From an uncultured virus (IMG/VR IMGVR_UViG_3300025167_000005) (lineage: Duplodnaviria; Heunggongvirae; Uroviricota; Caudoviricetes), in IMG/VR virus record IMGVR_UViG_3300025167_000005: a DNA stretch of 20,611 nucleotides; one strand, given 5' to 3'. The notes under the pieces were generated by a model. It saw nothing but the letters and a program-made list of their open reading frames with translations, was not told the origin of the DNA and did not search any database. Below, one piece after another: positions 7,133 to 13,430 of the stretch (positions within the stretch are counted from its first letter, which is position 1; each line of letters starts with the position of its first letter). The position numbers were made by a program, and so were the translations under genes.

Positions 7133-7768
7133 ATGTCTGAACCGGACTTCGTCCTCATCGGTCTCGACATCGAGACCTCGGGCACGGACTACCTCCGCCA
7201 CGCCCTGCTGAGTGTTGGTGTGGTGAACGTGGACTCTGTCGCTAAAGCAGGCAATGAACTCGTTCTGGAACAACTCGCGGACCGCTCGTTCTACGCCCAA
7301 CTCAAGCACCGCTCGTTCGAGGTCGTTCCGGAGGCCATGCGCGTCAACAAGATGGACGTGACCAAGTTCGATTTGGAAGGTGAAACACCGAAGAAGGCAG
7401 ACGAGGCACTGTTCTCTTGGCTTTCCAACGGGACTCCGGGGTCCATCCGCAAACCCGTCTACGTTCCGGTCGGATATAACGTAGGCCAATTCGACATGCC
7501 ATTTGTCCGCAAGTGGCTGCCCAAGTCCTCGTCCCTCATCAGTCGCAGAAGCCTGGACCTGAACGCCTTGTGCTTCTCCTTGGCTCACGCGAGCGACAAG
7601 AAAACATTCCGAGACATCAAGCACGAGATGAACGAGTACGCTGAAAACTTTGCCAGGCAGCATGCTCCCGCTGGCCTGGAAAAGCATAACGCCCTGTTCG
7701 ATGCCTGGGTTGCGGTAGGTGCCCTGGAGTGGTTCGAAGAGTACATTTTGCAAAGGATGATGTCGTGA
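7133..7768 (+). CDS. DEDDh 3'-5' exonuclease (DnaQ-like superfamily, 211 aa)
   Basis: ExoI IGLDIETSG, ExoII GYNVGQFDMPFV, LDL, ExoIII HNALFDA. Confidence 0.9.
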   Translation: MSEPDFVLIGLDIETSGTDYLRHALLSVGVVNVDSVAKAGNELVLEQLADRSFYAQLKHRSFEVVPEAMRVNKMDVTKFDLEGETPKKADEALFSWLSNGTPGSIRKPVYVPVGYNVGQFDMPFVRKWLPKSSSLISRRSLDLNALCFSLAHASDKKTFRDIKHEMNEYAENFARQHAPAGLEKHNALFDAWVAVGALEWFEEYILQRMMS

Positions 7769-8127
7769 CCCCTCCAAACCCCTCAGGAACTTTATGGAGC
7801 AAACAGGTCAACTTCAACGACAAGCTCGTCCCTGGCTGGCGTTCCGGGCATCCAGTGTTCTTCAGTAACGCCCTCGCCGGGGAGGTTGGCGAGGTCTGCA
7901 ATGCTACGAAGCACATGGCCGGAGGTGGCACGCACCAGGTCACCACTACCAAGGAGCAGGTCCTGGAAGAACTCGTGGACGCTTACATCTATCTTGTGCT
8001 CCTCGCGGAGTGCCTTGGGTTCGGCGAGGAAGAGTTTGAGACGGCATTCTTCAGGAAGATGGAAGTGAACCGAAAAAGACTGGCCAGTCGGAACCTTCAA
8101 GTACCATCGACACTTGGAAAGGGTTGA
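7765..8127 (+). CDS. mazG: MazG-like nucleotide pyrophosphohydrolase (120 aa)
   Basis: LAGEVGEVCNATK...LEELVDAYIYL (ExxE...ExxD); GTG overlaps the exonuclease stop. Confidence 0.85.
   Translation: MTPPNPSGTLWSKQVNFNDKLVPGWRSGHPVFFSNALAGEVGEVCNATKHMAGGGTHQVTTTKEQVLEELVDAYIYLVLLAECLGFGEEEFETAFFRKMEVNRKRLASRNLQVPSTLGKG
8092..8105 (+). promoter_or_regulatory. Class II repeat, partial copy 4 (core AACCTTCAAGTACC only)
   Basis: 14-nt core match; box starts 8096, TTG 8124 and ATG 8130 follow (28 and 34 nt); the TCCGGA part is absent. Confidence 0.55.
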
Positions 8128-8129
8128 AC

Positions 8130-8351
8130 ATGGGCGAAGAAGCCGCCGGACTTGCCGTCATTGCCGGTGTCATCGTGGGTGTACTTATCTTTGGAAGTCT
8201 GACGTGGATGTCGTTCACCGCCCTCGCGGGCGCCACGAGCATCGGGATGGGCCTGGCCTGGTTGATTGCCCTCTTTTTCTTCGGGTCCTTGACTGTTCTG
8301 TGCGTGTTCTTCTGTCTCGTCATCGTCTGGGCCATTCTGGAGGATGCATAG
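8130..8351 (+). CDS. Small membrane protein (73 aa; alternative TTG start 8124)
   Basis: Almost entirely hydrophobic, 2-3 TM helices. Confidence 0.7.
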   Translation: MGEEAAGLAVIAGVIVGVLIFGSLTWMSFTALAGATSIGMGLAWLIALFFFGSLTVLCVFFCLVIVWAILEDA

Positions 8352-8355
8352 GAAT

Positions 8356-8766
8356 ATGGGCTTCATCCGGGAAGAAATCGGAGACGTGGGCATCGAGTCC
8401 AGACGCGAAAGCTTTTACCTCCGCATCGGCAATCCCAATCGAGCTTTCGGGAAAGGAGAAGATGACTGCAAGATGGTCCTGTACGCCGGAGAGCCATCGG
8501 ATAAGTTCTGGCTCCTGAAGGCCGCCAAGGAACTCAGAGACATGACCGTGAATGCCTTTAGTCATGGCGATGACAAGAAAGCATTCATGTTACGCTCCCT
8601 GGCCGATGAATGGACCACACGAGCGGAAAAAGTGCCCAGGGGCCGGGAAAACGGTGGCAACGTGGAGATACCCTACGAGCACCTCGACGACCTCATCACT
8701 GCGCTCATCGACCTCCGGGACAAGGACGCCGGATATCTCAGGTGGCAGGTAGGACTCCGTGACTGA
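8356..8766 (+). CDS. Hypothetical protein (136 aa; alternative start 8344)
   Basis: Fills the gap in the + strand gene chain; no family recognised. Confidence 0.65.
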   Translation: MGFIREEIGDVGIESRRESFYLRIGNPNRAFGKGEDDCKMVLYAGEPSDKFWLLKAAKELRDMTVNAFSHGDDKKAFMLRSLADEWTTRAEKVPRGRENGGNVEIPYEHLDDLITALIDLRDKDAGYLRWQVGLRD

Positions 8767-9109
8767 CATCGGCGTGTCCATGCGACGCGAGGTGCTTGAA
8801 CACAAGCAGCAGGACGGACTCCGGCCAAAAAAGGTCTGCTATTGGAACCTACGGTCCGCTCCTGCCAGAGTTGAAAGAATGTGGGTCGCTTCCGGAGGAA
8901 GGTGGCAAGGCTACTTCATCATCCACCAGATAGCCGGAACCGACCTCCGCTTCTGGTCTGAGTCCTGGGTCGAACGCGACGGCGGGCCTCGCAAACCATT
9001 CCAAGGATTCACCTACAAGGTGCCCAACCTCCAGACTCTCCGCGAGCAAGAGATACAGAGAGTTCTCGACGAGGCCAAATCAAACGAGATGAGGGTCAAA
9101 AGATGGTGA
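8759..9109 (+). CDS. Possible ASCH/EVE (PUA-like) nucleic-acid-binding protein (116 aa)
   Basis: YW...P...RMWVASGGRWQGYFII...PFQGFTY resembles ASCH/EVE beta-barrel motifs; family call is tentative. Confidence 0.5.
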   Translation: MTDIGVSMRREVLEHKQQDGLRPKKVCYWNLRSAPARVERMWVASGGRWQGYFIIHQIAGTDLRFWSESWVERDGGPRKPFQGFTYKVPNLQTLREQEIQRVLDEAKSNEMRVKRW

Positions 9110-9414
9110 TTGCCTTCGACAGCCTGGAGGAAGACATCTTCAACGAAAAGCGCCTCAATGAGGCCCTGGGCTATAAAGACGCTCAGACTGTTCTTGCCAT
9201 CTGGAAAAAATTCAAAGGCATGAAGGGAGCCAGTGTCTTCGAAGCGCTTCAACTGGCCGAGCGCAGACTGTTCGAGATAGAAGACTCCATTCGAGACACA
9301 AGTGGAAGCGTACCGAAGGGGCAGTGGCCACGGGTTCGACTCGTTCAAACCGTCCGCGAAGCCATCAATGGCTTCAAGGGTCTGGCCCTCGACGCGGACG
9401 AAGCTGGAAAGTGA
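9103..9414 (+). CDS. Hypothetical protein (103 aa)
   Basis: Overlaps the upstream stop; helical composition. Confidence 0.7.
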   Translation: MVIAFDSLEEDIFNEKRLNEALGYKDAQTVLAIWKKFKGMKGASVFEALQLAERRLFEIEDSIRDTSGSVPKGQWPRVRLVQTVREAINGFKGLALDADEAGK

Positions 9415-9417
9415 GGA

Positions 9418-9981
9418 ATGTCGCTGACCCCCAAGAGAAAACGGAAGATATCCCTGGTCGCGGGAACCGTTGTAGCCGTTATGGTCGCCGCTGCCATCGG
9501 ATTCTTGATGCCTGCGCCCGATGACCCGGTTCGTCCGGCTTGGTGTCCCAATTGGACCCCGTACATGACAGTCCAGGCCCAGGGAAGTCCAACGAGCGCC
9601 GTGACCGTTCACCAAGAGACGAGAAACGTGGTCGTCACCGGGGACCTGGTAGCCACCATCAACGCTACCATGGAGAGCGTCGGGTGTGATGCGTCCGGAA
9701 CGCTGCTCGTCACCAATGACATGCCAAACATTGACATGGAGCTTTGCACTCTACGTCTGACCGTGGGCGAGAAGAGGATACAGTGTCTTGAGACGGGTAG
9801 ATTCAACTTCACCGTCAGCCCAGGAGACCAAGTTACATATACCATCCGGGTTCGAGGAACCTGGCTGGACTGGACCAAGGCAGGCCAATCTTACAGGCTT
9901 GCCACGCTCGCCCTGGTCACGTCTGGCCACGACCAGATGTGGACCGTCTTCGGTGTACAGAACAGGGCAATGCCTCCATAA
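9418..9981 (+). CDS. Secreted or membrane-anchored beta-rich protein (187 aa)
   Basis: Basic N-terminus (PKRKRK) plus hydrophobic helix, then a Thr/Val-rich domain with 4 Cys and N-x-T sequons. Confidence 0.75.
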   Translation: MSLTPKRKRKISLVAGTVVAVMVAAAIGFLMPAPDDPVRPAWCPNWTPYMTVQAQGSPTSAVTVHQETRNVVVTGDLVATINATMESVGCDASGTLLVTNDMPNIDMELCTLRLTVGEKRIQCLETGRFNFTVSPGDQVTYTIRVRGTWLDWTKAGQSYRLATLALVTSGHDQMWTVFGVQNRAMPP

Positions 9982-9993
9982 GACAGGTAGCAA

Positions 9994-10030
9994 CAAGTAT
10001 ATAAAGGTCGAACGCCATAGTAGGAGCATG
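9994..10030 (+). promoter_or_regulatory. Class I promoter (CAAGTATATAAAggtcgaacGCCATaGTAGgagcATG)
   Basis: TATATAAA 9998-10005, ATG 10028 (30 nt); 33/34 identical to 13187-13220. Confidence 0.8.
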
Positions 10031-11314
10031 GCCGCCGCCGAGGCTTACAAGATTCCCATCGAGAACTGGGGCAAGCTCCAAGAGGACATCGAGCGCCTGA
10101 ACAAGAAGGCCGACAAGCTTGGCTGCGAGAGAATCCGTCTCACCGTGGTTCGGACGGTAGACCTTCCAGAGGATGATGACCTTCACAGCGGCCACGGAGC
10201 CGGTAACTCGCGCTACCACCGCTTCTATGAGGTGACCGTCGAGGGCAAGGCTCCCTCTCTGAACGGATGGAGACTGGCCGCCGTCCTCCAGCATCTCACT
10301 GATGACCAGGGACAGGCACAAACCCTGGTCCGCTCCGTTCCTGGCGAGGTCATCCCGGAGACCTATCAAGCCGCTCCGAACTGGTGCGACCACTGCAAGG
10401 CAGACCGCTACCGGACCGACACCTTTGTTGTCATCGGAGAGAATGGAGTAACCAAGCAGGTCGGCAGACAGTGCCTGCGAGACTTCTTGGGACACAGCGA
10501 CCCGTCCCGCATCGCCTCCTGGGCCGAGACGCTTGCCGGGGTCAGAGACCTGATGGAGGAGTACACGCACCCGTCCGGAGACCGCAGGACCCGGCTCGCT
10601 GGCCTGGAGTTCTATTTGACCTTCGTGGTCAAGGCCATCCGAGAATACGGCTGGCTGTCCCGGTCAACACTGCGCAAGGCCTCTGGAGAGGATACCAGGA
10701 AGCGCATTGCCACGGCAGACCGGGCGCAATGGGCGATGCACAGCTATACGAAGACCAAAGACTCCCACGAAACCACCTGGGAATATGAGGCCCGGGTAAA
10801 GGAGGCCACCTTCATCGAGGCCGACGCCGAGCGGGCCAAGACCATGGTTGAATGGGCCCGCGAGACGTTGCCCGCCCTGGAAAACCCATCTGACTACGAG
10901 CACAACCTCCAGGTGGTCACCGGCCTGAATGCCATCGAGTCGAACATGTATGGCATCGCCGCGTCCCTCATCCGATACTACCAGAAGAAAACACAGCCCG
11001 AGGCGCCACCTGTCACCTCCGAGTGGATGGGCGAGGCGGGAAAGCGGTACGAGTTTACGCTCTCAGTGAACTCAGTGCGGCAGATGGAGCGCGAAGACTC
11101 CTCAACCTATACCATCTACAAACTCCAGGACAAGAAGGGCAACCTCGCGGTCTGGTTCTCCAACCCGGGAAAACTCGAAGCGGGCAAGAAGTATCAGGTC
11201 AAAGCAACTGTCAAAACCCAGAACGAGTTCCGCGGGGTCAAAGAGACCGTCCTGACCAGGGTGTCGGTCCTCAAAGAGGTCCTCTCCGAACCTTCAAATA
11301 CCTCCGGAGCGTGA
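10028..11314 (+). CDS. Virus-type protein with zinc finger and C-terminal OB-fold-like domain (428 aa)
   Basis: Start reassigned to ATG 10028 behind the promoter; CDHC...QVGRQC motif; C-terminal SEWMGEAGKR...DKKGNLAVWF...VKATVK...EFRGVKETVLTRV resembles an OB fold. Confidence 0.75.
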   Translation: MAAAEAYKIPIENWGKLQEDIERLNKKADKLGCERIRLTVVRTVDLPEDDDLHSGHGAGNSRYHRFYEVTVEGKAPSLNGWRLAAVLQHLTDDQGQAQTLVRSVPGEVIPETYQAAPNWCDHCKADRYRTDTFVVIGENGVTKQVGRQCLRDFLGHSDPSRIASWAETLAGVRDLMEEYTHPSGDRRTRLAGLEFYLTFVVKAIREYGWLSRSTLRKASGEDTRKRIATADRAQWAMHSYTKTKDSHETTWEYEARVKEATFIEADAERAKTMVEWARETLPALENPSDYEHNLQVVTGLNAIESNMYGIAASLIRYYQKKTQPEAPPVTSEWMGEAGKRYEFTLSVNSVRQMEREDSSTYTIYKLQDKKGNLAVWFSNPGKLEAGKKYQVKATVKTQNEFRGVKETVLTRVSVLKEVLSEPSNTSGA

Positions 11315-11318
11315 GTAG
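11274..11318 (+). repeat. 45-bp perfect direct repeat, left copy (class II copy 5)
   Basis: AAGAGGTCCTCTCCGAACCTTCAAATACCTCCGGAGCGTGAGTAG, identical to 12210-12254; box starts 11293, ATG 11323 (30 nt). Confidence 0.9.
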
Positions 11319-11322
11319 GCCG

Positions 11323-11733
11323 ATGGACGACGACAACGAAAATCGGTACGAACGCATCCCGGCAACGTGTCCCAGGTGCTTCCTCTCCTTCATCCTGGTC
11401 CACGATACGTACCAATTGACTGGTCTACTTTCCAAGGAACACTTCTGCTTGGCGTGTCGCGTCACCATGCACATAAAAACCTACGAGACCTTCCTGTTCT
11501 TGGCAAGGTTCAAAGCCAGAAAGTTGGCAGCCAGTCCTGGCATTACTCATGTCTTCGTCGGTGTTGACTACACTTTCGGAACGTCTTCGTTCATGCACGC
11601 CATCTACTACTGGCGTGAGAACGAAGAAGACCAGAAAAAGAAAGACCAGGCCGCCAGGTTCCGCTCCACGGCCCCGGAACGGGTCCTGCCGCAGCGACCG
11701 CCCTGGCAGGAGCCTTGGCCTTTCGGCTACTAA
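11323..11733 (+). CDS. Zinc-ribbon protein (136 aa)
   Basis: Start reassigned to ATG 11323 after the repeat; CPRC...CLAC. Confidence 0.7.
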   Translation: MDDDNENRYERIPATCPRCFLSFILVHDTYQLTGLLSKEHFCLACRVTMHIKTYETFLFLARFKARKLAASPGITHVFVGVDYTFGTSSFMHAIYYWRENEEDQKKKDQAARFRSTAPERVLPQRPPWQEPWPFGY

Positions 11734-12254
11734 GGGGGGCTAAAACGGCTATCCGATTTCAGAAACAAGGGCGAGCCGAATGCTGGCCAACCAGCATCTG
11801 CATGCTCATGGGATATGACAAGAAGGTCCTAATGAAGAAGGTCCATAAACGGTTCGGCGGAACGTGGGACTCACGGTGGAACAAAGGAACCGAAAACGCA
11901 GCCATGGTAAAGTTCGTCATAAAAACGACAGGTGCTCCAGACATCCTATTGCGCTCGGGCCTGAGCCACGACCGGTTTGAACTACCTCGTGGGCGACGAC
12001 CACGACTTCGTATTCCTTCTGGCAGAGGTATCCTGAACATGGTCTGGCCATTGATGAATGGGGAACATCACTACAACTGCCATACTGTAGTCTTTGAATA
12101 CGGCCTCGTCTACGACCCGGCGTACACCGTCATGCCTCTTGATGAAGCGGCGTTCAACGTCCTGTTCAGATATGCGCGACTGGACAAAGTCTGTCGAGTC
12201 CCAGTCTCGAAGAGGTCCTCTCCGAACCTTCAAATACCTCCGGAGCGTGAGTAG
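11715..12254 (+). CDS. Papain-like cysteine peptidase, C39-like (start uncertain)
   Basis: Q-x4-CWPTSICMLMG near the N-terminus and HTVVFEYGLVYDP near the C-terminus give the Q/C/H/D arrangement of C39-like peptidases. Confidence 0.65.
   Translation: MAFRLLRGAKTAIRFQKQGRAECWPTSICMLMGYDKKVLMKKVHKRFGGTWDSRWNKGTENAAMVKFVIKTTGAPDILLRSGLSHDRFELPRGRRPRLRIPSGRGILNMVWPLMNGEHHYNCHTVVFEYGLVYDPAYTVMPLDEAAFNVLFRYARLDKVCRVPVSKRSSPNLQIPPERE
12210..12254 (+). repeat. 45-bp perfect direct repeat, right copy (class II copy 6)
   Basis: Identical to 11274-11318; next ATG at 12273 (44 nt from the box). Confidence 0.9.
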
Positions 12255-12272
12255 TTCGGAGAACTCAAGACC

Positions 12273-12512
12273 ATGCGAAACGACAAGAAGAAACCAGCCC
12301 TCGTGGCCATAGCGATGCTTGCGACGCTGCTTGCGACGCTTGTTGTCGCCTCGGTGTGGGAAATCGACGCCGGTAGGCAAAGGGTGCAAGACTGCCAGGA
12401 CGCGGTCGCCTCCCTCAATTGGACGCAACCCCGCCTCCGCGACCGTGGCTTTTCCGGAGATGACGAGTGCTGGGGTATCGATACCACAGGAGAACCGCGG
12501 AAAGTTTATTGA
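12273..12512 (+). CDS. Small membrane-anchored or secreted protein (79 aa)
   Basis: KKK plus hydrophobic helix, two Cys; stop overlaps the next ATG (TGATG). Confidence 0.7.
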   Translation: MRNDKKKPALVAIAMLATLLATLVVASVWEIDAGRQRVQDCQDAVASLNWTQPRLRDRGFSGDDECWGIDTTGEPRKVY

Positions 12513-13147
12513 TGCCCGACCGTGAACTGTTCAAGACCAACGTGGGCTCGCACATGTGGCACATGGACCATCCCGGCAGTGACGTGGATACCTTTGTCGC
12601 CTACCAGGCCCCGTCTGCGGACCTGCTCCTCGAACGGCGACACAGTTCGGCCCACACCAAGGACGCGACGAAGGACGAGCAGCGGCACGAAATCGGCATG
12701 GTCGTCCGGGAACTCTTGAAGAGCAACGTGAACGTGCTATGGGGCATCTTCAGCCCCATTGTCCTGTCTGGACACGAGGTCGTGGAAGAACTCCGGATTC
12801 GGTCCGTTGTCACGAAACAATGCTACAACAGCATCCACGGGCTGGCTGTTCACAACTACCAGAAGTACATCCAGACCGGCAAAGACACAAGGCTAAAGCG
12901 GTGTGGCATCATCGTCCGGACGCTTCTGTTCGGAATCTCCCTCCTGGACGATGGCAAGCTGAAGTTCGAGCCCGTATCCAAGGAACTCTGTACGCCAGGT
13001 GCGGTGAAACTCGGCCTGGTCGAACTGGACCGGGCTTACGCGGCCAGCCCCCTTCCCGAAGAGCCCTCGAAGGAGCAGGTCAAATCCCTGGAAGACTGGC
13101 TCTTCAACCTGCGCATCAAGGACCTGATGGGTCCTGTCAGCCCGTAG
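12512..13147 (+). CDS. Pol-beta superfamily nucleotidyltransferase, RlaP/YcgL-like (211 aa)
   Basis: VGSHMWHMDHPGSDVD (GS...DxD), third acidic site DEQRHEI, LLKSNVNVLWGIFSP; ATG 12512 coupled to the upstream stop. Confidence 0.85.
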   Translation: MPDRELFKTNVGSHMWHMDHPGSDVDTFVAYQAPSADLLLERRHSSAHTKDATKDEQRHEIGMVVRELLKSNVNVLWGIFSPIVLSGHEVVEELRIRSVVTKQCYNSIHGLAVHNYQKYIQTGKDTRLKRCGIIVRTLLFGISLLDDGKLKFEPVSKELCTPGAVKLGLVELDRAYAASPLPEEPSKEQVKSLEDWLFNLRIKDLMGPVSP

Positions 13148-13183
13148 ACCATGCGATGGCAGAGCAATGCCTTCGTAAGGCGA

Positions 13184-13220
13184 CAGGTATATAAAGGTCG
13201 AACGCCATAGTAGGAACATG
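13184..13220 (+). promoter_or_regulatory. Class I promoter (CAGGTATATAAAggtcgaacGCCATaGTAGgaacATG)
   Basis: Near-identical to 9994-10030; ATG 13218. Confidence 0.75.
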
Positions 13221-13373
13221 ACCTCAGAAGGAGCGTACCTACTTCGCGCAGGGCCACCGGATAGGCAGGCCTTTTCAAATCCCTCGTGGGTCTGGCCTTG
13301 GGCTGTCAACCGCGTGAAGACGTTGTCAACTACGGCGAAACAACTATTTAAAGACCGCGGTTGGAGTATTTAA
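13218..13373 (+). CDS. Putative small protein (51 aa; not in the ORF track)
   Basis: Manually translated MTSEGAYLLRAGPPDRQAFSNPSWVWPWAVNRVKTLSTTAKQLFKDRGWSI; supported only by the intact promoter and its ATG. Confidence 0.4.
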   Translation: MTSEGAYLLRAGPPDRQAFSNPSWVWPWAVNRVKTLSTTAKQLFKDRGWSI

Positions 13374-13430
13374 AGGCGACACCGCCGGGGGTGGTTTTGT
13401 CAACTCGTCAACTCGGGATAACTGTTCGAT

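Noticed and set aside
9026..9046. AACCTCCAGACTCTCCGCGAG (PNLQTLREQE), resembling class II
   Set aside because: The AT-rich box is destroyed and the match is too degenerate in GC-rich DNA.
9788..10027. N-terminal extension of the 508-aa ORF (and similar extensions at 1213, 1601, 2425, 5005, 5528, 5907, 6331, 7729, 11023, 12467)
   Set aside because: They overlap upstream genes or promoters; downstream starts coupled to stops or promoters fit better.
3407..12254. Class II repeats as a CRISPR array or integron attC sites
   Set aside because: Copies are separated by whole genes (0.3-3.2 kb), not 30-40-nt spacers; no cas or integrase gene in the window; no attC-type RYYYAAC/GTTRRRY ends.
13305..13340. 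GTCAAC starts resembling IS200/IS605 or IscB omega-RNA ends
   Set aside because: No tnpA, tnpB or iscB gene and no characteristic terminal hairpin seen.
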